Shown: positions 9,832-19,050 of the stretch, piece after piece
Position numbering within the stretch: position 1 is the first letter of the stretch
Layout: each line of letters opens with the position of its first letter
NCBI GenBank assembly: GCA_030603365.1
Contig: JAUVXV010000005.1
Span: 1-64,000 of the forward strand
Reading direction: 5' to 3'
DNA length: 64,000 nucleotides
Origin: Candidatus Heimdallarchaeota archaeon
GTDB lineage: Archaea; Asgardarchaeota; Heimdallarchaeia; Heimdallarchaeales; Heimdallarchaeaceae
Notes under the pieces: model-generated
What the model was told of the DNA's origin: nothing
Database searches by the model: none
Seen by the model: the letters and a program-made list of their open reading frames with translations, nothing else
Position numbers and translations under genes: made by a program

Positions 9832-11106
9832 ATGGTGAAGATTTTACATTTTTCTGATACCCATGTATCTCATCGTCGTTTTCGCGATGTAAGAGATTCA
9901 TGGAAATTAGATCAAAGAGTTACATGGATAGAGGAAGATTATTGTTTTGGGTTCAAACAAGCATTAGATATAGCTGCAAAGTCCAAATGTGATTATCTAG
10001 TTCATTCTGGAGATTTGTTTGATATTCCTGTAGGAAGGAATCTTTCTGGACCAAGTGAATATTCTAGAACCTACATAATTAGGGAACTAAAGAAATTCTT
10101 TAAGAAAACTGCAAATAAAATTCCATTGATTATAATTGATGGAAATCATGGAACCTATCTGACAAGAAACTATAGCACAATAGAGTTTATTGGAGCAGCA
10201 TTTCCTGACAATGTTCATGTTTTCACTAATTATCAGCTGAAGGATGCAATCAGGGACAATACTCCACTGAAATTAGAATTTGATGATGTAAACTTCTATC
10301 TTTTTCCATATTTTCAATTTGGTAGGTTAGATAATTGGGCTAAGACATATGAGGATTGGTTAAGAAATAACCAACAACCTGATCCAAGTAAAATTTCTGT
10401 TGCCGTAGCTCATGGAATGGTTCGAGGACTAGATTTACATGAGTTAGTTCTTCAATACAAGTATGATTATATTGCTTTAGGTCATGATCATAACCAAAGA
10501 AGAATTAAGAAAAACGCTTGGCAAGCTGGGAGCACTGCAAAGTATACTTTTGCTGAAAGAAATCAAGAAAAAGGAGTCCTAGAAGTTCAAATTCAAAAGG
10601 GTGAGGATCCAATAATTTTGCCAAAATTAATAGAAATTACACGTTCAATGCAACAAATTGATTTTTCTCTAAAAGTTGATATGAATACAGCTGTTTTTGA
10701 AAAAGAAATAAGAGAACATATTACTAAATTTAAACAATCTTACGCTGGTGATAAAGCTGCTAGATTAAAGATTAAATTCAGCGGTGCAGTTTTACTATCT
10801 AACTGGTGGGGAATGGAAGATATTCTTAATGAAATCCAAAAGGAAGTCTTTGGAGATGATTATAATCTGCTTGAATTTAGATGGGATTCTGGAGATGTGT
10901 CTAAACGAGCTCCAGTGAGTTTACAAAAGGGAGCAAAAGTTTACGATTACTTAATAGAAGATCCAATTAAAGACTTTGAAAAGTATATTCGGTCACTTAA
11001 TATGGAAAATGAAAAACAAGCTAAATTGTTTATTGAATTAGGCTCTAAAATCATAGAAGAAGTCTTCAAAACGACTGATGATACAGTTAAGGAGGAAGGG
11101 GAATAG
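9832..11106 (+). CDS. mre11: Mre11/SbcD DNA repair nuclease
   Basis: Phosphoesterase motifs HFSDTH, HSGDLFD, GNH, AHG, LGHDH; directly upstream of the Rad50-like ATPase. Confidence 0.88.
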   Translation: MVKILHFSDTHVSHRRFRDVRDSWKLDQRVTWIEEDYCFGFKQALDIAAKSKCDYLVHSGDLFDIPVGRNLSGPSEYSRTYIIRELKKFFKKTANKIPLIIIDGNHGTYLTRNYSTIEFIGAAFPDNVHVFTNYQLKDAIRDNTPLKLEFDDVNFYLFPYFQFGRLDNWAKTYEDWLRNNQQPDPSKISVAVAHGMVRGLDLHELVLQYKYDYIALGHDHNQRRIKKNAWQAGSTAKYTFAERNQEKGVLEVQIQKGEDPIILPKLIEITRSMQQIDFSLKVDMNTAVFEKEIREHITKFKQSYAGDKAARLKIKFSGAVLLSNWWGMEDILNEIQKEVFGDDYNLLEFRWDSGDVSKRAPVSLQKGAKVYDYLIEDPIKDFEKYIRSLNMENEKQAKLFIELGSKIIEEVFKTTDDTVKEEGE

Positions 11107-11107
11107 A

Positions 11108-13243
11108 ATGAGAATACTGTGGATTCAAGCAAAGAATTTCAAGTGCTACAGCGATATTAGAGTTCCATCTCAAGGCATTCTACCAAAGGGATTACTCTTT
11201 GTAGAGGGAGAAAATTCTGTAGGAAAATCAAGTTTGTTTGATGCTATCTTCTATGCTTTATTTTACGATCCAACTACTACTAAAGAGTTAGGAACAAAAG
11301 AAGATTTGATTAGAAGAAATTATTCAGAAACTAGAGTAGAAGTTGCTTTTGAATTAGAAAATAAATACTACCTTGTAAAAAGAGAACACAGTATGAAAAC
11401 ATCGGTCCAAGCTTATCTTCTTGAAATAGATTCAGCTGCAGCTATGCAAGGTAAAACTATAGTCAAACAAACTTTAAGCCAAACGGTTGTTGAAGTAGAA
11501 GAAAAAATTACAGCGCTTCTGAATATTACCAAAGAGAAAGTGTTGAATACTCTGATAGTGCGTCAAGGTTCAGTTCAAGATTTAGCTGAAGCAAAAGGAG
11601 CTGAGTTGAGAAATATCATCTATGAACTCTTTCAGTTAGATTTCTACAGAGATAGAGCTTTGGAAATCATCAAGGATAAAAAACAGAAATTGGATGAAAA
11701 CAAGGAAAAATATCAGATAGAAAGAACTACAGAAAATATTGAACTCGAAATAACTGATACAACTGGCATTATTGATAAATCAAAGAAAAATATAGAAACC
11801 TTGGATTCAACAATTGAGACACTTCAAATAAAGATTAGTAATTTTCCTGATTTCAAAGAAGTTCAAGATATTAATGGTTTAACTCAACGTTTTGATCAAC
11901 AAGATAGAACAATAAAATCAAAGCAAAGTTCTATAACAGCTTTAGGTCAAAAATTCAAACTTAAAGAACCTATTGCAACAAAAAACATAGCAAGTAAAAG
12001 TAAGGAATTTGAGGAGAAAATAAATCGTAATACTGAAGAAAAGGAATCTCAAGAGAAAGAAATAGAAACTTTAAACGAAGAAAGAAGTAAATTGGAAATA
12101 GAACGGGAAAATTTCTATAATAGGAAAGAAAGCTTAGAGAGAATTGCAGAAAAGGGAGAAAAACCAAAGTGTGACGTTTGTGAACAGGAAATAAATGAAG
12201 AGAAATTTAAAGAACTACTAGCAATTTCGAAGAGGAATATTCCTGCCTTAACTCAAGGAATAAAGAAGAAAGAGGAAACAATCAAGACGAAAAAATCCGA
12301 GATAGTTAAATTAGATGGGGTCAATCAACAGATTCGAAATGATATCAATAAATTAGCAAATCTGATTAATGATATAGAGGAACTTACTGAATTAAATAAC
12401 GTAAAAGATGATATCGAGAACTCAATTCAGACCTCATTGCAAAACTACAAAGTTAAAAGTTTGGATGATCTTGCAAAGAAATATAGTCTCTCTGATTTTA
12501 ATGAACTATTTGACCATATAAAAACATTAGATGATGAAATTAAGAAAAGTCATCTTAACAAAAAACATACTTTGAGCAATATTAAGGAAAGATATGAATC
12601 AATTGAGAAACTCAAAAAACAAATTGAAGAGAATAAGAAGAAAGAAGTTGAGTTAGCAAAAATTGATATGGAAATTTCTATATTTGATGAAGTTAGAGCG
12701 CTGGTGGAGAAATTTATTGCAGAAGATTTGATTTCAAATAGAATGTTAGCAGGTATTCAACAAGCAACTCGAGGTTATATCTACCTTTTCACAAGAGGAC
12801 GATACTCTGAATTATATCTTGAACCCACACGAACAAAGACACTTAATATGAGTATTAAGGATGAAACATTAGGGTTTGTTAAAAGTCAAAATCTTCTCTC
12901 AGGAGGGGATAAGGCAGCTATAGGGTTAGGATTAAGAATTGGTATCAGTGAACTTCTTAAGAGAATTAGACCAACAAAAGATTCACCTTCAGAACCACCT
13001 AAAATGGATATTCTAGTATTAGATGAACCATTAGGATCTCTGGATGAGGGAAGAAGGTCAAAAGTGATTGAAGGATTAGTAGCTGAAAAGAAATTCAGTC
13101 AAATTTTCTTAATTACTCATACAAATATAAGACGAAGATTTAAAGCTCCTATACTAACAATTCAATCAGGATCAGGATCTGCAGGAAGTACAGTTTCTTT
13201 CCATTATTCACCTTCAGAAGTAGAGGAAGAAGCTGAAGAATAG
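11108..13243 (+). CDS. rad50: Rad50/SbcC SMC-like ATPase (short, 711 aa)
   Basis: KNFKCY, Walker A GENSVGKSS, RQG, coiled coil with CDVC zinc hook, LSGGD signature, LDEP, ITH. ATG at 11108 follows the mre11 stop. Confidence 0.9.
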   Translation: MRILWIQAKNFKCYSDIRVPSQGILPKGLLFVEGENSVGKSSLFDAIFYALFYDPTTTKELGTKEDLIRRNYSETRVEVAFELENKYYLVKREHSMKTSVQAYLLEIDSAAAMQGKTIVKQTLSQTVVEVEEKITALLNITKEKVLNTLIVRQGSVQDLAEAKGAELRNIIYELFQLDFYRDRALEIIKDKKQKLDENKEKYQIERTTENIELEITDTTGIIDKSKKNIETLDSTIETLQIKISNFPDFKEVQDINGLTQRFDQQDRTIKSKQSSITALGQKFKLKEPIATKNIASKSKEFEEKINRNTEEKESQEKEIETLNEERSKLEIERENFYNRKESLERIAEKGEKPKCDVCEQEINEEKFKELLAISKRNIPALTQGIKKKEETIKTKKSEIVKLDGVNQQIRNDINKLANLINDIEELTELNNVKDDIENSIQTSLQNYKVKSLDDLAKKYSLSDFNELFDHIKTLDDEIKKSHLNKKHTLSNIKERYESIEKLKKQIEENKKKEVELAKIDMEISIFDEVRALVEKFIAEDLISNRMLAGIQQATRGYIYLFTRGRYSELYLEPTRTKTLNMSIKDETLGFVKSQNLLSGGDKAAIGLGLRIGISELLKRIRPTKDSPSEPPKMDILVLDEPLGSLDEGRRSKVIEGLVAEKKFSQIFLITHTNIRRRFKAPILTIQSGSGSAGSTVSFHYSPSEVEEEAEE

Positions 13244-13314
13244 GATAAATTTGCTGAAATTCTCCATGAGAGACTTTCACAAAATTTTTCAATCATATGA
13301 TTTACTAATAGATA

Positions 13315-14808
13315 ATGATACCTGGAACACTTCGTCCTTTACCTAAGAAAGTAAAAGAGGTAAAAATAGAATCCGAAAACCTCTTGAGAACAGTTGAATA
13401 CGATATAAATAATACAAAAGATATCTACGCAAACAGTTCTCTTTTTACGTTTGAGGAGATAAATATACATTCTCTAAGAATTTTAGATCAGTATTCTCAA
13501 ATAGTCCCCCTTACCAAAGAATCTGACAAATTAGTTGATAAATATGTTAATGATTATCTGTTAAATCAACTTGTTTATTCAATGTTCACAAGATTAGAAA
13601 TAAACGAAAGACGACTTAACGGTGACATTCAACGTCTAGATACTATTCTCATGTTAAAAAGGAAAAAATACATAGAAGAAATGATTCCTAGATTAAGAGA
13701 AGAAGTAAAAAGTAAATTGTCTTTCATGAAAGATTTATCCTTTGACGAGATTCTAGAAAAAGGACAAATTTATGGTGCAACTATTGGGGAAATAGTCGGA
13801 AAAATTAGTGGTCTAAGAGATGAGTATCAGAAACTTGCTTCAGGTTCGTTCGATGTATCTGAATTTTATTCTTATTTGGATGAAAAACTCTACCAGGTGG
13901 AAGAAGAACTTGCTGAATATGAGCTGATACTTAGAACTTGTAAAATGCAATTGCTCTCAGAAGAAGCAGAGAAATTAATTGAAGAAGGTAATGTAATTAA
14001 TACTGAATTTGAACTTGAACAAACAAGTGAGCTGGTTATGAAAGGAGATGAATTCGTTAAGATATCTTCAGATAAATTAATCGAGATGGATGAATTACGA
14101 ATTACTTTACCACGCAAAGGTATTACTAAAGAATTTTCAAATAATTTCAAAAATCTTTCAGCTCATTATGAAACTCAAAAAACCAATCTAAGAAGTATAA
14201 CTGGTAGTTTGGGGAGTAAGACAGTTAAATTATCTTCACAAATAGAAAGAATAAATGCGATAAAAGAAATAGCTGTTTCAGATGGTGAAGAGGTTTTTGA
14301 AGCAATAGAGATGTTAAAAATAAAGAGAAAAGGTACTTTCAAGACAGTTGTTCAAAGTGGAGAGTTTCCTGTTTTTGAAGTAAGTCCTCTAGGTAAGCTG
14401 AAAATGCCTTTAGGTGTAGAGCTCACTACTCCAATGATTGAACAAATCCTTACTGTTCTTGATGAAATAGAACAAACTCCAGCTAAGGACGATTTTAAGA
14501 ATAGATGGTCAACTTTGAAAGTAGGAGAAGTAACAGCTTCTATGGGAAGAAAAATGTCTCCAGCTTGGAATAAAACCAAAGAAGTTACAGGTAAAGCTGG
14601 AAAGAAAATCGGAGAAGTCAGTAAGAAAGCATATACAGGAACAAAGAATTTTACTAGCTCTACAGTCGAGAAAATGAAATCCAAAGAGGGAAAAGAGAAG
14701 AAAGAAAAACCTCCTAAAGAAAAGAAAGTAAAGGAGACTGAAAAACAGATAGAAATTCCTGCTGATGAAGAAATTATCATACCTCCTCCACCAAGTGAAG
14801 AAGAGTAA
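13315..14808 (+). CDS. Hypothetical helical/coiled-coil protein with 11-mer amphipathic repeats, a charged tail and terminal PPPP
   Basis: 497-aa ORF with Glu/Leu/Lys-rich helices, AWNKTKEVTGK/AGKKIGEVSKK/AYTGTKNFTSS repeats and an IIIPPPPSEEE end. Confidence 0.65.
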   Translation: MIPGTLRPLPKKVKEVKIESENLLRTVEYDINNTKDIYANSSLFTFEEINIHSLRILDQYSQIVPLTKESDKLVDKYVNDYLLNQLVYSMFTRLEINERRLNGDIQRLDTILMLKRKKYIEEMIPRLREEVKSKLSFMKDLSFDEILEKGQIYGATIGEIVGKISGLRDEYQKLASGSFDVSEFYSYLDEKLYQVEEELAEYELILRTCKMQLLSEEAEKLIEEGNVINTEFELEQTSELVMKGDEFVKISSDKLIEMDELRITLPRKGITKEFSNNFKNLSAHYETQKTNLRSITGSLGSKTVKLSSQIERINAIKEIAVSDGEEVFEAIEMLKIKRKGTFKTVVQSGEFPVFEVSPLGKLKMPLGVELTTPMIEQILTVLDEIEQTPAKDDFKNRWSTLKVGEVTASMGRKMSPAWNKTKEVTGKAGKKIGEVSKKAYTGTKNFTSSTVEKMKSKEGKEKKEKPPKEKKVKETEKQIEIPADEEIIIPPPPSEEE

Positions 14809-14824
14809 ATAAGGTGTTTATCTT

Positions 14825-15625
14825 TTGGATGATTTCCTAAAAAGCATCAAATATTTTATCTTTGATGTAGATGGTACCTTACTTATAGGAAATCAAGCTT
14901 TACCCTTTGCTAGTCAAATTATCAAGCTCCTTCAGAAGAAGAAGTATGATTTCACGATTTTGTCAAACAATTCCTCGTATTCCATAAAGGAAAACCTAGA
15001 AAGATTAGAATCTATATTGGATGTTAAGTTACAACCAAAGAATATCTGCACATCTACACATGCTACAATAGAATATCTCTTGAAAAATAACATCTTGAGA
15101 TGTTTTATTGTTGGTACTCCAGGAATGATATCAGATTTAAACAATAAAGGAATAAGCAATGATCCTGATGCACCACAAGCAATAGTTCTCGGATTTGATA
15201 AAACATTAACCTATGATAAGATTCAAAGAGTAGCTCTTCTTCTTCAAAAAGAAAAATGTATTCCCTTTTTCGCAACTCATCCTGATAATACTTGCCCCAC
15301 TAGTGATGGAGAAATCCCGGATGTTGGTTCATTTCTAAAAATGTTTGAACAGTCCACTGGAAGAACAGCTGATATAATTTTTGGTAAACCTAATGATTTG
15401 CTTCTAAAATTATGCTTATCGAAGTCGAATATTGATTTTGAACAAGTTCTTGTTTTAGGAGATAGGCTAGAAACCGATATCAAAATGGCTAATTCAGTTG
15501 GTACTAGAAGTGTAGTTGTTCTTACCGGAGAAACAACTCAAGTTGATTTAGATAATGGGATTGAATCTCCAACATACATCTGGAAAAACCTAGAAGTACT
15601 TTATCGCTTTCTAAAACAGGCATGA
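14825..15625 (+). CDS. HAD-superfamily class IIA hydrolase (NagD-like)
   Basis: FDVDGTL, LSNNS, GKP, GDRLETDI, VLTG. Confidence 0.9.
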   Translation: MDDFLKSIKYFIFDVDGTLLIGNQALPFASQIIKLLQKKKYDFTILSNNSSYSIKENLERLESILDVKLQPKNICTSTHATIEYLLKNNILRCFIVGTPGMISDLNNKGISNDPDAPQAIVLGFDKTLTYDKIQRVALLLQKEKCIPFFATHPDNTCPTSDGEIPDVGSFLKMFEQSTGRTADIIFGKPNDLLLKLCLSKSNIDFEQVLVLGDRLETDIKMANSVGTRSVVVLTGETTQVDLDNGIESPTYIWKNLEVLYRFLKQA

Positions 15626-16558
15626 TTACTTTAACATTTGAGTAAGAGCTTTGAGATCATCCCACTGTTCATGAGTATGAATCCATCCTAAGACAATTTT
15701 ATCAATAAACTTGTACTGTTTATAGCTCTTCAATTGTTCAAATTTTTCAGTTACAGCATCTATTGTTCCGATTATTCCAAAATCATCAACAATTTTAATT
15801 ATCTCTCCCTTAGGAACTTTATCATATCTTTCCCAGGATAATTCTCGGATTTGTTTAATCAATTTACCAGAATATCCGTGGTCTTTTAGGATATTAGTTG
15901 TGCAGTTCTTTGCAATATCTTTTGATATATTCCACATAGTTAATGATATTTCATCTTCTTCTTTAGCTAGGATTTGCATCATGCCATATGGGATTATTTT
16001 ATGATAGTTGAAGTCTGTAGAATCATCCTGAAATCGCTGTAAAGCTCTTTCAATATCAAAAATAGAAATGCTATTTAGAAGAAGATACTCTGCTCTTTTT
16101 TTTGCAAACTGAATCATTTTTTCTCCCATACCACCTAAAGCTAAAGGAGGAAAATCATCCAATCCTTTTTGAGATTTTCTGATATCAACAATCTGAAGTA
16201 ATTTCTCAACAGCATCTTTGAAATTTGTAAAGGGTTTCTCATATATGGTTGGGTCTTTTATGATATTAGGATTTCCAATACCTAAACCTAATCCGAATCT
16301 TTTAGGAAAATTAGTGTATAACCAGACACTTAGAGCCAATAATACCTCCAAGGAGTAGTAAAAAGGTGAAGTTATCCCTGTCCAAAATTCCATGTCAGGA
16401 ACACTTTTTAACAACCTTCCGATATCCAAGAAAGCGTTATTGATTGGTGGATTGTCTCCTATCCAAATACTCTTTACACCTATTTTTCTTGCATTTAAGG
16501 CGTAAAGTTCTTTATGATCTCCTGACATTTTTATGGGGAGAGATAAACCCACTTCCAT
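15626..16558 (-). CDS. Luciferase-like (LLM) flavin/F420-dependent oxidoreductase, divergent Mer-like
   Basis: G..SIWIGD, TGITSPF, RFGLGLGIG, LGGMGEKM..A, GIIGT.D.V pattern. Confidence 0.7.
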   Translation of the reverse strand: MEVGLSLPIKMSGDHKELYALNARKIGVKSIWIGDNPPINNAFLDIGRLLKSVPDMEFWTGITSPFYYSLEVLLALSVWLYTNFPKRFGLGLGIGNPNIIKDPTIYEKPFTNFKDAVEKLLQIVDIRKSQKGLDDFPPLALGGMGEKMIQFAKKRAEYLLLNSISIFDIERALQRFQDDSTDFNYHKIIPYGMMQILAKEEDEISLTMWNISKDIAKNCTTNILKDHGYSGKLIKQIRELSWERYDKVPKGEIIKIVDDFGIIGTIDAVTEKFEQLKSYKQYKFIDKIVLGWIHTHEQWDDLKALTQMLK

Positions 16559-16663
16559 AAATAGTAATTTACATACATCTTATTATTTCTTTGCTTCAAA
16601 ATACTAAGGTTCCAATGTAAATCTTTTATACATGCTGTTTTTAAAAAGGTAAATGGTGTATCT

Positions 16664-17164
16664 ATGCAGAATATTCTTACCAGGAGAAGCATAAGAAAGT
16701 TCAAGAGTAACAATGTTACAGATGATATGATCCAGCAAATGCTCAAAGCAGCAATGAGTGCTCCCTCTGCAGCAAATAAGCAAACATGGGATTTCATTGT
16801 GGTTAAAGATCGTAAAACACTTGATCATATACCTAGTATCCATCCTTACGCAAAAATGACACAAGAAGCTTCAGTAGCAATTTTGGTTTGTGGAAATACA
16901 AACAGATCTGATGGTAGAGGTTTCTGGGTTCAAGATTGTGCAGCAGCTTCCCAAAACATATTATTAGCAGCTAATTCCTTAGGATTAGGGAGCGTATGGT
17001 GTGGGGTCTATCCCAAAGAAGATTTAACCAAAGCTTTCAAAGAATTATTTGAATTACCAGAAAAAATTATCCCTGTTGCATTTATCCCAATCGGTTATCC
17101 TGCAGAAGAGAAACCACCTTCTGATAGATATGATGAAAAGAAAATTCATTATGAAAAATGGTAA
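16664..17164 (+). CDS. Nitroreductase family protein
   Basis: RRSIRKF, APSAANKQ.W.F, QNILLAA..LGLGSVW, IPIGYP. Confidence 0.92.
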   Translation: MQNILTRRSIRKFKSNNVTDDMIQQMLKAAMSAPSAANKQTWDFIVVKDRKTLDHIPSIHPYAKMTQEASVAILVCGNTNRSDGRGFWVQDCAAASQNILLAANSLGLGSVWCGVYPKEDLTKAFKELFELPEKIIPVAFIPIGYPAEEKPPSDRYDEKKIHYEKW

Positions 17165-17186
17165 AAAATGTGGAAATATAGTTTTT

Positions 17187-18005
17187 TCATGTCATTTTAG
17201 TTATCATTTTTTCTCTATCGAATATTTTTGTAGCTATTTTGAAAAGAATGATGATTATCACTACCATTCCTGCCACTCCTCCGAATAGAGTAGCATAAGA
17301 AGCAAAAAAGAAACTGAACATTTCAGCTGCTATCAGCAGTATTAGAGGAAGTACAATTAGTGAACCTACTTGATATGAGTCTCTGACACTTTTCACTTTA
17401 GTTGAAACCATTATCATTAATTCAACACTTATTATTGAAAATAGCGGTCCAAAAATTAAAACAAATACAATGGATAGAAAATCTGGAAAAATTATTATTC
17501 CAATAGAATTCCAGAGAATTACATCAGCAATTACCATATATCCTACCGCTGCAACAGCTGTTCCCAGAAAAGATGGGAGCAAAGACGACAAGATTTTAGC
17601 TGCAACTATCTCTGATTCTGTTATAGGTGAAGCTAGAATAGCTTCTATAGTTTTTCTTTCTTTTTCCCCAACAACTGATTCAGATGCTGTTACAGCAGGA
17701 ATGATAATCGGGAGCAATAATACTGAAACAAACATTATATATGCCATTAACACCATAGCCTTGCCATAATTGTCTAAATCATCCCAACCTTTCACAGTTT
17801 TTGAGAAAAGGTTTTCTACAAACACTCCAAAATCCCCACCTTCAAAATCAGCAGGATTGATTTTAGTCATAGGCATAAGAGTTGCAAAAGGAAACAAAAC
17901 TGCAAATAAGAGGGGAATTCCAATAATAGCAGACATAACATACTTTGATTTCATAAATTCTCGAAGATCTTTCCTTGTTAAAGCCCAAACTCTTTTGAAA
18001 TTCAT
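17187..18005 (-). CDS. ABC-2 type exporter permease
   Basis: SVVGEKERKTIEAILASP motif, about 6 TM helices; coupled to the ATPase gene. Confidence 0.88.
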   Translation of the reverse strand: MNFKRVWALTRKDLREFMKSKYVMSAIIGIPLLFAVLFPFATLMPMTKINPADFEGGDFGVFVENLFSKTVKGWDDLDNYGKAMVLMAYIMFVSVLLLPIIIPAVTASESVVGEKERKTIEAILASPITESEIVAAKILSSLLPSFLGTAVAAVGYMVIADVILWNSIGIIIFPDFLSIVFVLIFGPLFSIISVELMIMVSTKVKSVRDSYQVGSLIVLPLILLIAAEMFSFFFASYATLFGGVAGMVVIIIILFKIATKIFDREKMITKMT

Positions 18006-19000
18006 TATTCTACCTCCTCCTTAACAACTGGTTGATTTTCACTTTCTACTAACTCAAGATAAACCCTTTCTAAGGTTGGATATTCGTGTCTAACTTCAAA
18101 CATTGGAAATTTCTGGTTTATGAGTTTTTCAATTATTTGTGGTGTTTCATTCTCGATATCAGATATAAAAATGGATATGGATTTTTTTTCTGGATCAATT
18201 TCAAGAATTTCATAATCTCCTTCTTGAAAATAATTTTTGATAATATCACTCCAAGATGAAAATCGGAAAATTGTAGAAGTCTCATCTTTCTTCAATTCTC
18301 TCAATTCTGCAGGAGATCCCTGAGAAATTATCTTTCCTCTATTAATGATTCCTACTCTAGTTGCTAATCTCTCTGCTTCAAAGAGATTGTGAGTACATAT
18401 AAAGAAAGTACGTTTCTTTGTTTTTGCAAGTTTCATGATTTGCTCTCTTACAATTTTAGCTGATTCAGGCGCTAAAGATGCGGTAGGTTCATCTAGAAAT
18501 AATACTGGAGGGTCATGAATCATTGCTCTAGCAATTGAAACCTTTTGTCTCATCCCCTTAGATAATGATCCAGCTGACAGATCTATCTTTTCAGTCAAAT
18601 CAAATAGATCAACAATCTCTTCAATTCTGGGATTGATATCTTCTTTTGGAATACTATACAATTGTGCAATGAAGTTGAGATTTTGACGAACAGTTAATCT
18701 TTCATAAAGAGCAGGGGTTTCTGTTAGAAGTCCAACCTTACTCCTAACTTCGCTGGCATCTTCCACGACATCTAATCCTAAAATTCTTGCACCACCAATG
18801 GAAGGACGTAAAATGGCTGTTAGAAGCCTTGAAGTACTAGTTTTTCCAGCACCATTTGGACCTAGTAAACAATAGATTTCTGATTCCTTAATTTGTAAAT
18901 TAACATTATCAACAGCTCTAAGATAGATTTTTTTTCTATCTTTTTTGATTTCATAGTCTTTGGTTAATTGTCTTGTTTCAATAGCAAGCATCATTCTCAT
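18005..19000 (-). CDS. ABC exporter ATP-binding protein
   Basis: GPNGAGKT, LSKGMRQ, FLDEPT, CTH. Confidence 0.92.
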   Translation of the reverse strand: MRMMLAIETRQLTKDYEIKKDRKKIYLRAVDNVNLQIKESEIYCLLGPNGAGKTSTSRLLTAILRPSIGGARILGLDVVEDASEVRSKVGLLTETPALYERLTVRQNLNFIAQLYSIPKEDINPRIEEIVDLFDLTEKIDLSAGSLSKGMRQKVSIARAMIHDPPVLFLDEPTASLAPESAKIVREQIMKLAKTKKRTFFICTHNLFEAERLATRVGIINRGKIISQGSPAELRELKKDETSTIFRFSSWSDIIKNYFQEGDYEILEIDPEKKSISIFISDIENETPQIIEKLINQKFPMFEVRHEYPTLERVYLELVESENQPVVKEEVE

Positions 19001-19050
19001 TTGATGAGTATTAATTCTAATAATAAATGTTTAGAAATTGGAAAAAAGAA

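Noticed and set aside
6670-14808. HerA plus SMC-like genes as a Wadjet, Lamassu or Sir2-HerA defence system
   Set aside because: The partners are NurA and Mre11, and the SMC-like protein has a Rad50 zinc hook. No kleisin/KITE, Sir2 or effector gene is present.
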